A stretch of 64,000 nucleotides of DNA from Tubulanus polymorphus (lineage: Eukaryota > Animalia > Nemertea). The stretch is from the NCBI RefSeq assembly GCF_964204645.1, contig NC_134026.1, positions 19,440,150 through 19,504,149 of the forward strand. The letters run 5' to 3'. This document shows positions 1 through 14,700 of this stretch, piece by piece. Within the stretch, counting starts at the first letter, position 1. Every line of letters starts with the position of its first letter. Made by a program: the position numbers and the translations under genes. The notes below the pieces were generated by a model, which saw only the letters and a program-made list of their open reading frames with translations, ran no database searches and had not been told where the DNA came from.

Positions 1-395
1 TTATATGCTCATCCTCGACGCACTTGTAATCCACATTTACGGTGACAAAACAGCGCCAGGTTCGTTTCGCTTTATTTCCTGTCGAGTAAGCGTGAAAATC
101 GCGAAAATGATTGTCTCATTTTCGATTAAATCCGTCGATATAGTTCGATTTCATAGGTTTTGGGGAGCTACTTAATTCTGAATCACTCGCATTACTGATA
201 TTTGTTTGGAATTGGTAAAAAAAACTCAGGTCTCAGTCTCAGGTTGAGCTTTTTATTTCAACTTATTTATTTAAAAAAAGCAATAAAGATAAAATTCGCC
301 CGCCCTCGTCACTTTCCAGAAAAAAATCTGATGAGAACCTAGGGTATTTCTTTGTGTGGCCTAAACTATGATCTTGATCTCTTTGTGTTTTCCAG

Positions 396-2477
396 GTGAG
401 TTGTTTCAGATATTTGAACCATTGCTTGGAGCGAAGTCGTTACAGTTTGCTAACGGCGAGGATGGTCGCCAGAGGAGAAAGCTGTATGACGGATGCTACA
501 GTCATTTAGAAGTCAGCGCATTGAACCCATTATTCAATGAAGTAAACTAAAAAAAGAACATTAAAAAGAATTTAGAAATTTAGAAAAGACATTCTCTTTC
601 TCATTTTATGGGCTATAAACCGGATTACGTTTGTGTAAATGAGATATTAAGACTCGTTATCGGCCGAAGTCTATTTGAGAAAAACTGCTTAATATTTGGA
701 TTTTGTAGACGTCAATTAATCATTTGCACAGCCGCAAATATTGTATTTAATGCAGACATAATTCTGGCATTGTATTGTTGTAGTCGATATCCGAATGGTG
801 CGTGTCAAAATATTTTTCCAGACTGTCGGAAAATTGCTCGACAAATGGGCTACAATGGCTGATGATCAACGTATTCCTGTGAAAGAAAGCATGACCGCCC
901 TAGCTTTGAAATCGATTGCACAGGGAAGCTATGGAGATTATTTCAATGACGATAAAGCGATAATGAAATTCCGCAAATTCTTTGATGTTGTAAGTTATAC
1001 ATTGCTAATTATAGTGAGCTACGAACTGTGTTTCATCTATCCCAAATAACAATTTTGATTATTCATAGTGCTGGACGGAAATGGAGAATACGTTCGCCGC
1101 TACACCTTCAGCGCCAGGAAGTGCGGAGGAAAAGCTCTATAAATCAGGTGCTTCTTTGATAATGATTAGAATAATAATGAATTTGTCAATGAATTCTCAT
1201 TCGTTAAGTGTTTATGCTGTATTTGCGCAAATGCCAAACGGGCCTGGGGAAGATCTGCATGTAGCATCAGTAAGCGAAAAGAAATCCCTTGAAGGAAAAT
1301 CCTAGAAAATATTGTATCCCAAATTCGGATGTATTTATTCAAATTTCACTCCCTATTTTACAGCTCTTGCACATTTGAAGTCAGTGGTTGCAGAAATAAT
1401 AGACCATCGCCGAACCAATCCACCCACTGATGGAAGACGACTCCTCATTGATGTTATACTCGAATCAGATTATGAGGAGGAGCAGATTGCTTGTGACGCC
1501 TTGATTTATATGATCGGAGGGTTCCACACGATGGCAAGTTGTAAGTAATCGTGAGAGGTGATGCATAGAAGTATAAACCGTTTAAACTTCTATGGGTGAT
1601 GTTACCGTAAATGATGCGATTTAATTTTATCCCACTATCAAAACCAATATATATGATTTCTTTTTCAGTAATGACATGGGCATTATACTTCCTAGCAACG
1701 CATACTGATGTCCAAGGCAAACTTTATGAAGAAGTGTCAAAAGTAATGGATAAAAATGAATATGTTACTCACGATGTCATTAAACAGATGCCGTAAGACA
1801 TAAGAATCGATAAACTCATACTTGTTTATTGATCCTTATTATTCAATCGAAATAATTCGTCAATCTTTTAGATATTTACATCAAGTTATCAACGAAACCT
1901 TGCGCTGCGCTATTGTTGGTCCCATGGCTGCTCGGTACAACCCAGATAGTGACACTATGCTTGGTGGTCACGTCCTTCCTAAGGGAGTAAGAATTTCTTT
2001 TGAAAAATCATGTATTTTCTACGAGTTATGGAGGGAAATTAGTGCTTAATTTCAGTTCTGATTTTTCATTGTAGACACCAGTAGTTCACGCATTGGGATC
2101 TTGCTTTCGTAATGAGAGGTTATACCCCGATCCATGCAAGTAAGTATACAATGTCCTGTTTCATTTTGAAATTGGCCAACTTCTCAGAAAGAGGAAACAA
2201 AATTCTCGAATCAATTTTCAGATTTGACCCCGAGAGGTTCTCGATTGAACAAGTCAAAGCACGACCGTTACATTCATTCGAGCCGTTTGGATTCGCTGGG
2301 AGGAGAAAATGTCCCGGATACAGATTTTCCCAAACCGAAAGTTGTATTTTTATCGCACGTATTATAAGACGGTTTGAGATGAAGATAGTACCTGACCAAG
2401 TTATCACTCCAGTATATGGTTTGGTCACTCATCCGGACAGAGAGATCTGGGTGACCATCTCTGAGAGAAAGGCATAA
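396..2477 (+). CDS. CYP20A1: Cytochrome P450 CYP20A1-like, 5'-partial; exons 396-541, 822-989, 1069-1147, 1364-1540, 1669-1792, 1872-1986, 2075-2139, 2222-2477
   Basis: GT-AG introns join in frame. ExxR motif (ETLR), FDPERF, and the CYP20-type heme motif FGFAGRRKCPG. Segments KLLDKW, TWALYFL and WVTISER parallel vertebrate CYP20A1 (from recall). Confidence 0.9.
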
Positions 2478-3039
2478 TATAGAGCATGTTGGAGTTTAAT
2501 TGGTAATCAAAATATATACTCCCAAAATATGAAGCTCTAAAGAACCCACACTTTATTTTACCGTTTATGTAACTATACGGAACATGAAAATTAACTCGTA
2601 ATCCATTCTAGTGTACTTCAACCGACGAATATAGCGCTGTTATAAGCATTACCCGTTCGGGATGAAAATAGAAATGTATGAAATGTTTCAACTTGACCAA
2701 TATAAATTCTTGTTCTTTGAATTTTGTATGCTAAACGAATACCCTCATCTATATCCGTTGCTATCGTGATCAATTATGAGGCTACCAGAATTTTTGAAAG
2801 GGGCGTTCTTAAATCATAAAAAGGGCACTTTTGCATATTTTGTATCCCAGGAAAGCGAGCCTAGCATCGTATGCTTAAAAACGGCATTTTGTAGCTATTC
2901 CACAAACAATAAAAACACAACAAATGAATTTCAGTATAATCATTTAAAATGTGAACGAAATTTATTCACCACTTATTCATAGTAAGTAACTCTGAATTCA
3001 ATTCAAAATGAGGGCCAAAGAGATTAACCTATCTTGCCT

Positions 3040-3917
3040 CATCGAACATCGCACGTAGTTGTTTAATGTCCTTAAAACTCACCACAATCATAGACGATGT
3101 CACGAGCTACAACTTTGCAATTGTGGTAACAAAATATGCATAGGTACGAATATAATATAGAAATACTAAGATATTGTATTATTAAACGCCCCCCGTGGCC
3201 ATATACAAAAACCAATGACCTTGAAACTCACCAAAATCATAGAATACGTAATGGGCTACAACTTTCTAATTGATTGTGGTAATGAAATAGGCTTGTATCA
3301 ATATAATGTGGAAAAACTTTTTCCCACCAACGAATGAGTACTGATGACACCAAGATGGCCACCAATTGCGTCATAATTGGCTGATCAAAAATAGCTGTCT
3401 CAGGTATAAAACATCCCTTTCCAAAGAATACCCATCACAAATTGAAATGAGAAATGGCAAACAAGTAGGAAGCTACAGGACTCAGAATTTGGGCCAAAAT
3501 TTACATTTTTGGGCACTAAAAAGGTCATAGGACGGCCATCTTGAGTCCGATCGACCCATATTTTCTTATGCTGATGGGCCCTTGGATTCAAATATATACG
3601 AAAGATCAAGGTAATTGATCGAAGCGTCTTCAAAATTTCCCTCAACAAGTTCTAAAATTTGTAAAAAGTGCTGATTTTGGCGAAAAACAATGGCTGCCAG
3701 TCGGTCATCTTGATTCTGACAGGGCCAGTTTTTGGGCTGAAGATGTGTCTAGGGTAGATACATGTGTAACCCAAATATCAACCCATTACATTTAAGCGTC
3801 TTCAAAACTTCCCAAAATAACTGGATTCCGACTACGGACGGACGGTTGGCCGGACGGACGAAAAGTGAATGCATTAGCCCGCTGGGACTTAAGTCCCAAG
3901 TGGGCGAAAAAAAAAAC
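3040..3917 (+). mobile_element. Non-autonomous Helentron/HINE-like element(s)
   Basis: Repeated core (ccttgaaactcaccaaaatcatag, about 3070 and 3220), a GGAC microsatellite (about 3835-3860), and a terminal hairpin CCCGCTGGGACTTAAGTCCCAAGTGGG followed by an A-run. Related core copies lie inverted at about 4450-4665. Confidence 0.5.
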
Positions 3918-4774
3918 ATCTACAGAATCAGTGAAATGTAATTAAAAAGAATACTATGATGAAAATGTTATTAAAGAAATATGAAAAGAGTTTCTTTAAT
4001 TCGTCAACTGTGTTACTGTGTGAGCCTAGTGTCAGCTGAGTCGCTGGTAGGATGTGGCCTACACTAACTAAACATCTCAAGTGGTGCCTCTGAACCTGAT
4101 ACATATACGATAGCTCAGACAGTAGTGCTTCAATGGATGTGGAAAAGCGATAATCAATTGACAACAAGTGTAATATAGCGTGCCCTCTTACACATAGGGC
4201 ATTCTATGAGGCAGACAACTTTTTTGGCGGCTGAATTGTGTTTCAATTACTTACTACGTAGTAGGATATTCGTTTTTAGATGTAACCTACGAGCAATTAT
4301 CTATTAGATAATTGCTCGTAGATGTAACTTACCACACCTAATTTGTAACAAGTTGGCTAATTAAGAATTTACCAAAATCGCGAAGGGCACTTTCTAAAAA
4401 GGGGCATCCGTTCGAACGGACGAACCCCCTGGCTACGAGCTTGATGCGTTTCATGACATGTTCTATGATTGTGGTGGGTTTCAATGTCATTGGGTTTTGC
4501 ATATGGTCACCAGGGGGCATTGAATAGATGAAGAACTTAGTATTTCCATATCAAATTGGTAACGAGGCATATTTTGTTATCAAAATCGTAGCTGCTGACA
4601 TGTTCTATGATTGTGGTGAGTTTCAAGGTCATTGGTTTTTGTATATGGTAACCAGGGGTGTTGCCCACTGGCAACAGTTTTTCTTTCAGGTCTGTTAAGT
4701 TTCAGTGAATTTAGTTTATTATTTTTTTTGGTCTTTATTTTGCGTGCTTTATGTTAGTATGTTGTTGTTAGGTA

Positions 4775-4910
4775 GTATTGGTAAGCTGTTTTGTGTGGTT
4801 TGAATTCATATTAATCTGGTATTATGTAGTGTTGGTGAGCTGTTTTGTGTGGTTTGAATTCATATAAACTGATATTGTGCAGTGTAGGTAAGCTGTTTCA
4901 TGGGTGGTTT
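4775..4910. repeat. Minisatellite, about 55-bp unit, 2.5 copies
   Basis: ggt(a/g)agctgttttgtgtggtttgaattcatat recurs, and the third copy is diverged. Confidence 0.7.
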
Positions 4911-5725
4911 AATTTTCCTTTACGTTTGCTCTGTACAACAGTACTTCTGGGCATTCGCCACAGTATTCTGATAGAGGAAAGACATAGGCTCTCTACAACT
5001 AAAAAGAGTTGTAAGTTAAAATTATACATTTCTAAATGTCAACCATTTATTGTATTTATCGAGGTTTTTTTTCTCCGTAATTTGAATTATTATTTATCAA
5101 ATTTTTAGGGTTTAATTGTGTATTTTTCAGTTAACCACTCGCTCGTATTCACTGTGTATCTGTAACCTGTGCGTTTCACACATTCGGAAATAAAGTGCGT
5201 TAGACCTTTTATGATTGTAGCCGTCTTGTCCTCGATTTGATAAGTTCTATGTCCAACTCTGGTTTGGGACAAGGGGACATTAGAATGTTGAATTTGTTAG
5301 ATTGTTGAGCATTTGAAACCACATGCCAAGTGGGCATGGTGTCCCTGGACCCCTAGTTTCATCTTATATCTGTATTTTTGTTACTCAGTGGTCGATAAAA
5401 TGAATATTATTATCATGATTTTGTAAAGATACGCTCATGTACCCCTTGCAAAAAGATGACCATGCATTAAAGATTTGAATTTCCCCATTAATTTTTATTT
5501 CAATTTTTTATCCTAGTCGAAGAAGTTAGAACCCGATTTTTCTTGTTTTCTTGTGTTCACAAAAACATGTGTTCAATGAAAATCGATAGGCTTTTACAAG
5601 TTGGTTTGGTGCCCCTGCAGTGTTGGGAACGTTTATCAACATCAGTCAAAACAACTGTTGCCATCATTTTTCTGTAGTATGCATTCATTTCGTGTCAAAT
5701 GCCCTTATAGAAGACCCAGACTTGT

Positions 5726-5954
5726 CAGGGTCCAAAGGCTACTTGTCCGGGGGCAAGCATATCGGAAATTTACTTGCCCCCTCAAATATCTACTTGCCCT
5801 ACACCGACTGGCGGCAAATCATCCGTTTTATCGATTAGGAGAATTGCTTTGAGACATAAAAATGCACTAAAGCCCGGTGGACAAGTGATGATGGTAACCA
5901 ACTTGCTATATCGAGAATATATCCCGGGCAACCAGATGCTTAATTCGGACCCTG
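5726..5954. mobile_element. Old hAT-like MITE
   Basis: TIR CAGGGTCC...GGACCCTG with subterminal ACTTGCCC/GGCAAG motifs; no TSD recognisable. Confidence 0.5.
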
Positions 5955-6815
5955 CAAGGAGCCTATTCCGGATACCACGCAGTCTTGTTTCCAACGTTTC
6001 CATGCGCGGTTTGCTCAAATCGACCATTTAGGATTGGATTACAAAGAGGAATAGAAACTACGCACACAGTGCAATATAGTAATATATTATATATATATAT
6101 ATATATATTTATCTCTATGATATAAATATACTCCCTAAATATCATGAATATAAATATCAATCTCAATACGTAACCCATGGAAAAATATGAATATATCTAC
6201 GTACTTTAAAAAAGCTAAATACACGTAGGCCTAGTTTGTCATGTCAGAATATCCAGCCAAAAACCTGGAATATACTAAGTAAGGCCTTTACCCGGTGAAC
6301 AAAAAAAAAGATAAGCGCTCAAAGTGTGCGCTGGTGGGCTTAGCCTTTGGACTGAGAAAGGGTTATCATAATAAAAATAATAATAATAATAATAATCTTG
6401 AAATAAAAACATCTTAAAGATATCAAACGGTCTTTTTTTAACTGGACTTGATGAATTTGTCTCCTAAGTCTTATTCCAGGGCTTTTCATTCGACAGTTGA
6501 CTAAGCTTATATCGTATGCCGGGACTGGCAATATCCATACAATATCCATACAATATAAGTGTTATACGAAATAAGGTAGCATATTACATAGAAAAGAACA
6601 ATAAAATATATGATATAAACATTTCTATGATACGGCATATGCGATGACTATATATGAGCATAGTCAACTGTATTACAATTGCTGTGTATTTCAAATTAAC
6701 TGGTACTTTGTAATATATATGTAGCTCTGCTGCCCGATCAATCAGGATCCAGTTCTATGGTTCTTGGTTATGTTTGACCCTTTGAGTCAAAACTAGTTCA
6801 GTATCAACGTGTTAA

Positions 6816-7073
6816 CCCTTTCAGTGTGTCTACATCGCACTGTGGTGTATAAATTGGTGATGGACTTTCCTAGTACGCCGCATTGTGGTGTATTGATGTT
6901 ATTAGTAGTTAGTTTGTATCTATTAAAAGATGGCAGTACCTGTCATACAGTGAAATATTTGTAACTAACGATACACCGCGTATGCCAGTTATTCAACACA
7001 CTAGGATGGTGGAATTTCAAAAAATTGTCAAATTATCTCTCCTTCGGGTATAAATTAGTCAGCGCTGAAAGGG
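6816..7073. mobile_element. piggyBac-type MITE, family A
   Basis: TTAA|CCCTTTCAG...CTGAAAGGG|TTAA; homologous copies at 40926-41214 and (interrupted) 46748-48215. Confidence 0.85.
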
Positions 7074-8795
7074 TTAACTCAATCCTAGGCAGGGGCAGAT
7101 CTAAGTACATTTTAGTTTTGAACACAAACATCCATTTGTTCTGAGATAACGTGTAAATAACGTATAAACAGCTCTGTATCGTATTTAAGCATGTTGAACT
7201 TTGATGATATATATTGTAATGGGTTTTCCTTATAACTCACCTCATGGCACATGGCAGAACAGGGCGTACTTCTTTATCAGATCGGAGAATCCGTTTGCCG
7301 TTAGGAGTATCCAAAACCTCCTTTCTGTCGAGGTGGTGTGATTTAGATTTTGTTTGGAGCCAACCGGAGATTTTGTACGGAGACTTCGGAGGTCATAAAA
7401 GAGTACGCCCTATGTTCTTAATGCATGTGCTTGATAATGATGTCACTGGGAAAGCCCTTCAGCATCCTTTATTGAACTTGGAAGCTGAACGGCTTTCCCA
7501 GTGACGTCATCATCAAGAATCAAGGTCAAGCATCGATTAGTAGAATGGGAAAAAATTCATTGAAATGTTGCTCATTTTCGTCCAGTATTTCCAAATGGCT
7601 TAGAGCTGATGGACAAAACTTTCTTTATTAATTTCAACCCATATTTCCCTCCTAATGACAACATATCAGCTGTGTATATCCATTGGTTACAATTTGTGCC
7701 ACCAAGAGCTAACAGAAAGTTACTCTCAGAACAAGGATCAACACCGATCAGTTGCTTTTAAAAATGTCTTAGTCACACAAGACCTACGTATAAAAGTAGT
7801 CGTTGGATTTGCCCCTGAGACTTATCGATCTAGAATTAAAAACGATGATTATTCCACAACCTGATGAAATCCCTTTTTAAGTACAGTACATGAGACTTGT
7901 TGAACACATATTGACTAAAAGCATCATAGCAAATATCGATGCAAATATCGTTCATAGTTCCTATGATAGATGAGATTGGCACCCAAACACCTCTACAATG
8001 ATATGCTGGATAAGATCACAATCAATCATGTTCAGATGTCCACTAATAATAATAATTGTTGCCCATCGACAAAACAACCATCAGTCCAATTTCACATGCA
8101 TACTGCGTACTTAAATACGCTAGAAGCTGTCTATGCAAATACTGATGCATGCAGATGGGCCTGACCAAAAACGTCAGACCCGGCCCCCAAGCCAAATTTT
8201 AGTACAGGACATATTATTGCATATGAATTGCAATGGGACAAATTATTGCATAAGAATTGCAACCCTCTAATTACGCACGTGCCACATTTTCTCTGTGTGA
8301 TCGCGGCTATAGTCTAGTCTCAGCTAATTCTATTTACCTGGTACGTGATTGAGATTCAGATTTTAGACCAGCTTTTACATTAAGGCGTAACTGGACGACC
8401 CATGATTTGTGATTAATGAGTATTGCACCATAGCGTCATGCGCTTTGGATTTAAAATAGAATTTGAAATCAGGAACCAAGAACTTATCCATTCCACTTGT
8501 GTGCAATAAACAATACAATAAGCAATGAACAATAAACAATGAACGGTATCAGCTACTTGTTCAGTAACAAGTTGTCCAGTAACCCTGTAGTAGTCACTCT
8601 GAAATAGTTTTGTCATGTTGGCCATGTGAGTCTAAGCAACTTGAATTGTAAATAAACAAATTCATACTAAAAATAGTAACGACTTAAAAGTAATATAACG
8701 ACTTATCTGATGGCGACTAAACGGAATTTGACACACACCATATAAACATCACCCTGATGTACATAACAGACTGGTTCATAATGGTACGTAAACTA

Positions 8796-11700
8796 TCATG
8801 ACGAATCAGCCTTCTTTTGTTTGTCTAAACTCACTGGTAGAAACAGATCACAGAAAATACATATCGCGAAACATATGCTCAGCATTACGAATGCAAAGTT
8901 TACGTCGAATGGATATCCGAGATTCACTCCGCTTGATATTGACCACGCAAACATACTACCACTGAACAATGGCCCGATACCCCTGAAATGAAAATTGAAA
9001 AGTAAAATGTAAATAACAAAGCTCAGATGTTTCTCAGAGAATACAGAACTATTTTCGTTCTCTTTTAGCCAAGTTTGAAAAATTGAAGGTATTCCGAGAA
9101 CAGTGAGCCTGGTGCTGTATTCTAAAGCCAGGCGTAGGTCGGCCTTGCGATGCGATGCGACACGATCGACGTTGCGTCGCAAGTGGGGGTGTAAGTCGGT
9201 TGCAACGCGATTATCGGCGACTGAGTGCAACTAGTTTCTGCCAGTAGCAAAAGTGCGTAGGTCGAAGCGACCCAATCCGCGATTCTGGTTGTCACGTGGT
9301 AAATAAAATTGACACCAAACCACGCAAAGATAGAAAGTATCGAATTCCTCGCTATTACAAGAGAAAAGTCGGTTTCTAACACTCAGAACAAACATAACAA
9401 CTCGCTTGTTGCTTTCTTCTGCAATTTATATTACCACCGACCAGTTCTATTCCATAATTGATAGGCTATTTAGTAATTGTCTTGACAGCTAAAATAATGG
9501 TCTTTATGGTCGAAGCAACATGAATCAAAATGGAGGAGATTAAATTCTCGATAAGAAATTGCATGGAGCCTTGAAAAAAATCTATTTTAAAATGCATCTC
9601 ATTACCATTGTGGGTTCGAATCCCAGTATTACTGGAAATCGCGTCGCTCCCAGTCGCAAGAGCGCGTAGGTCGGTTGCCTCGCAGAAAGTAGAACATCTT
9701 CGACCCATTGCGACTGGTGTCACTGGCAGTCGCAACCAGTCGCAAGCTAGCGCAGGTCGGCGGGTCGTTGTGACGCGATCATCGCTGGTGGTCGCAGTGA
9801 GTCGCAAGCCGTCGCAATGCCGACCTACGCCCGCCTTAACCATCTGAAACAGTTTCCTAGTTGGACATTCTTAAGGGATGCGAATTAGTGACCTATTCAT
9901 TAGGCTCGTTCACACAACGAAATTTAGACCGGACCAAGTGTTCACACGGGCAAAAATACCATTCCAAATTAGACCGGTCTAGTTTAGACCGGTCTAATTT
10001 GGCACGGTCTAAAAGAGCGAACAAGGTCCGGTCAAAATTTTGGGCTGGTGTAAATCTATGCGTGTGGACAGAAACTGGTACCAGGTCCGGTCTAAATCGT
10101 AAATCTGAATCTCTGCGGTAGAGTGTGAGTCCAGTTGATTATGTTTTAGATGCTTTAATTACCGTTTATGTAATTATTTGTAAGTAGTGTTTTTCCTCCC
10201 TATACTATGGAAATGTTAGGAGTGTGATTCGTATTCATATGTTGCGATCATCATCAGTTTTCTTCCATGTTTAAACGACACTTAGAGTTTCATCGTGATA
10301 GAATAGAATCGAATTCGCAAAAATGTCTAAACCTGACAGAGGATTGAATTGGTCTAATGAAGAATGTCCTGCTCTACTTTGAATCTGGAAGCAAGACTCC
10401 ATCCAGGCCCAGTTAATTATCTAGCAGATGGCGACATCTTGTTGGCCCGGTGACAAGCCATTTTATCAACGCGTGTCAAAATGCCTCGTGAACGCTCAGC
10501 AAAATTTGGTCCGGTCTTAATTTGGACCGAACCAGGTACGGACCCATTTAGACCTGTCTAACTAGTTGTCATGTGAACGAGTTATCGTTTGAACGCATAC
10601 ATGTACATATTGTTTGTGAAATATCTGATTGTGAAACGGGACCACAATCCACCTGAAATCATCTACTAGAGAAAGTGATGGCTGTCAATGCCATCGTTCA
10701 ATAGGAGATACTTTCAGCACCACACATGCGAAAACCAAAATAAAGATTCCTGCTATCATTTGAAGACAATCGCAAGGTTGGAAATAAGAAGTCAGTCATG
10801 GTCATTGACCAACGAAATTTTACAAGGTGTTCGAACATGCATCAATCTGTCAGTCACTGCATAGAAATCCCGGCAATTCTGCTTGTATGAGTCAGAAAGT
10901 AGAAATACAATAACCCTAACCCTAAGGACACCCTAGACTCTAAACTACCGGGCATAGATCCTAAGCCTTCTGTGATTCAAAAGCCATCATTTCAAATGCC
11001 TAAATTTCCAAAAGATCGGTCAAAAAATGGATGACAAGATTTCACGACCTGCTGGTCGATGGCTTAACCTTCTCCGTTGTTTTAAGATTTAATTCAGTTT
11101 CGAGTTTATTTTCATAAATAATTCATAGATCATTCTGTGTGTAAAACGGATTTACTCCATATCGCATTAATTCAAGCTCTTAACCTTTCTCCTAATTTGA
11201 AAAGCACTAAAAATCATGGTGCCTGTTATATGGCAGGCACTCTGAAAAAATTACTCGAAAGATATTCGACATACAATTCTAAATGAAATGATTCCAATAT
11301 CCAGGCAAAATGCGACAATGAATAAATATTGCTTACCTTCCAAATGAAATCAATACCAGTGATACTCCATTTATAGCTCCAGACATGTCAGGACTGGAGC
11401 AGTTATTGACGAACATAGATACCGCTGACAGACAGCAAGCGCCTGACAGCCGGATAATGCCAAGGATAAAAACCAATGATATCCACAGCAAGACTGTTCT
11501 GAAATATCAAAATCATCCATATTTGTACTACACCCATGTGAAACAAAAAAAACACGTTTTTTTCAAAACCCACTATCTTATCTGTGACAATAATCTGGAC
11601 TATGAGAAATCTGATTACATTTTGGTATTCGAGATTTCATAAAATATTTGGAATAGGGACTAAGAATACTTTTAATTCAGACAAATCTTTGGTCCCATCC

Positions 11701-14700
11701 AACACTGCAGGGACAAAATAGGGCTAAAACTTGAACTACCAGTTGAAGACGGTGTTTGACTATTCGAACCACACTCAATTTCTACGCTCTATTTTTCCAA
11801 AATCCTGTTTTAACTCTTTTACAGTAAACCTTGCTTTACTTGGACATGACCATCTGGGCTTTTGCCTAGCTCGGACAAAAACGGTATCAATTTTTTTATT
11901 TCCTAACATATTTTCCTATCCTCAACTCGGGCTTTGCATACCTTGCTCCAATTTTGTGCCAGTCTCAGTTAGTCAGGGTCAGCCCCAGTTCAGCAAGGTT
12001 TATTGTAATAAACAGTATTTCCTCGATATCTTAACAACCATTTCTAGAACGCAATGAAGCTGCAACACTTACTTGTCTTGAATGAGGTGAGTAATTGGTA
12101 GAAGCGCTGTCATAATCATTGCTAAGAGGCAGACAATCATGAAAGTCTGAAAGATTTAAGCATCGTGATGTGACTCTTGTTCATAGAATAGGAATTCAAT
12201 TTTGCAATACTCAAGTTTTTGAAATGCACAGGGATTGATCATGATATTTTCAACAAGGGCACTCCATTTCTAGATAATGCCTGGACATATAGCGGATTCA
12301 GTAAAAAAATCTATCCGACTTCATTTTGTAAGAAGACAGTTAAGGATCAAGCAGACATGCTTTCGAATATTCATTGAAGAATCATCTTTCAAGAAAACAT
12401 TTTACCTGATCGGTCTTTTACTGGTTTTGAACTGCCTAATTTCATTTTTGTGTTTTATCCTTATTAGATTGTTATCATAATTTATATTTTGTAAAGCACC
12501 TTAACCCTTTCGCTACGTGTGACGTTTTGGAAACGTCATATGGAGTGACACGTGCTGTGCGTATGACGTTGTAGAAACGTCATGCACCTATTGATTTATA
12601 ACTCGAACGCGTACACAGCAAACAGTATGGAAACGCATGTAAGACAAGATAGTTAGCTTTCTAAACAACAGATGGCGAAAATGCGTCAGTAGTTGGTGCT
12701 GTCAGCCTGTTGAGCACATGGTAATTTGCGCGGGATTGAGATGGCTGCTCGAAAGAAAGTTTTCAGTGCTAATCAAGTTTTAGGCAAGATTTACGCCGAC
12801 GACGACAGTGAAGATGACGATTTAGATGACGGGGGTGATTTCGGACTGGGCGGAGACGACTCTTGGGACGAACTGAAAAAAAAAATTTCTAACCCATCCT
12901 CACCCCCCCCCAACACGCCCCCCTACAGAAAAGGCTGTTGGTATGATTTTTTACTGATTTTCACTAAATAACATCATAATCTTCGATAAAAACGCGAAAA
13001 ATCGGGGTTAAAAACAATTTGAAAAAAATCGAATTTTTCGGAAAATACCTTACGTACGGGGCGGTGCAAGCGTGTACGTAGCGAAAGGGTTAATGAAAAC
13101 GATCTGAAAATCATGAATGTTTAAAAGAAAACCAGACGATACCTTTCTAGCACCAATTTTTCGTTCCAAAAAAGCAAACAAAAACAGCTGTATAATCAAC
13201 ACGGGCACGGATAATATTCCAAGCACCGATCCAATATCATTTGTTTCAAAGCCGAGTCCATCTAGAAAGTAAATAAATATTATCCAATAATTATCAATCA
13301 TTCCAATACTAATGAATATTATTATTGTATTTGAAATCTAAAACGTTGTCAAGCTGGTACTCAACGTGCTAAAAACTGCCACCAGAAAGCAACATCACAG
13401 AATAACTTCTACATGTGATAAATGTCCACCTCATGGCAAACAACTGATTGCTGCTGTGGAATTACATGTATCTGGTGATACTCAGTCTCAGGAGTCCAGT
13501 TACCCCATAAACCTTCGGGGGGAAGCGTAACGCGTGTATTCATTCTCTGGGATACAATAATGCAACGATGCTAGGTTTGACAATAGGAACTAACATTGTT
13601 AAGACTAACAAAAACAGGATAAATCAATTCTATGCTCAAAACGGCAAGATTTTTGCAGAAGCGAGAGACGTTTGAAATAGGAATCCAAACCTAAATGAGT
13701 AGCAGTGGATGCCCAGACCGGAAAAACTTCGTCAATACCAGTTACGGCAGCAGCCATTACAGCATATAGAATGACACTTATTCTAACTTCATGGCTCCTG
13801 AAATAAGTGTAAGTTATAATAGATTTATGTGCATGGTTGATGACGGGTGGTAGTAACCACCCAAAATATTTCTATCCTTCTTATAAACCATTTTAGTCAG
13901 TTCATAATCAAGTAATTTTTATGTTAAGGCAAGCCTATGTGGCCTCAAAGCTGGACGAACTGGAACAAGCACTGTTCATAATATGACAAGCACGTCATCT
14001 GAACCTGGCCTTAAGATGAATCAGAATTTGTAATTAAACATCAGTCGACATGGCTATTAAATCATGGCCACACAATAAATGTACATCTCGCATAGGTAGG
14101 AATAACCTGCTACAAAAAGAATGGTACATTTTACACTTCTGCCCTAAGTGAGCTTTACGAGATTTTCAGAAAACCATTTCAGAAATTTGATAAGTTTTAA
14201 TATTCAACTAGACCTACGTTAACTTGCCTATTTCAACACTGCTTTAAAACCACCGACATTACAATCACAAATCCAAATAAAATATGATTTATGGTCCTAC
14301 GTTATAACCGGAAGTACCAGAAGTACTGGTCGGAGCTATTACACTTACGTTATTGATAGATAAAGCGCACTTTTCTTGAATTTCGACATACGCGATTCTT
14401 CACATTCCGGCGAAATACCCGACGAGTTTCCCGCCATATTTTCTGTCTCATCTTTTGAACACAGTAAACACGTTCTCTTCACATCAGCTTGCATTAAAGG
14501 TTTCATGTTTTCCGACGATTCAGAGTATCGATGATTCTTCGCTCCATTAGTCAGGTTAGGAGCGCTGAATGACATCGAGCGGTCGTTTTTCAAATGCCAA
14601 GGATATTTGTAACGCATCTGATTAAGATCGTGAGTAGATCGGTTCGAGTTCTGTACATCCAGAAGAGCAGATGGAGACTTGCTATACGTCTCATAAAACA

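Noticed and set aside
5601-6031. Cluster of 72-85 aa ORFs as an extra gene
   Set aside because: They overlap a hAT-like MITE and show no protein motifs.
9608-9630. tRNA gene (TGGGTTCGAATCCCA)
   Set aside because: Only a T-arm/B-box is present, inside a MITE, with no cloverleaf.
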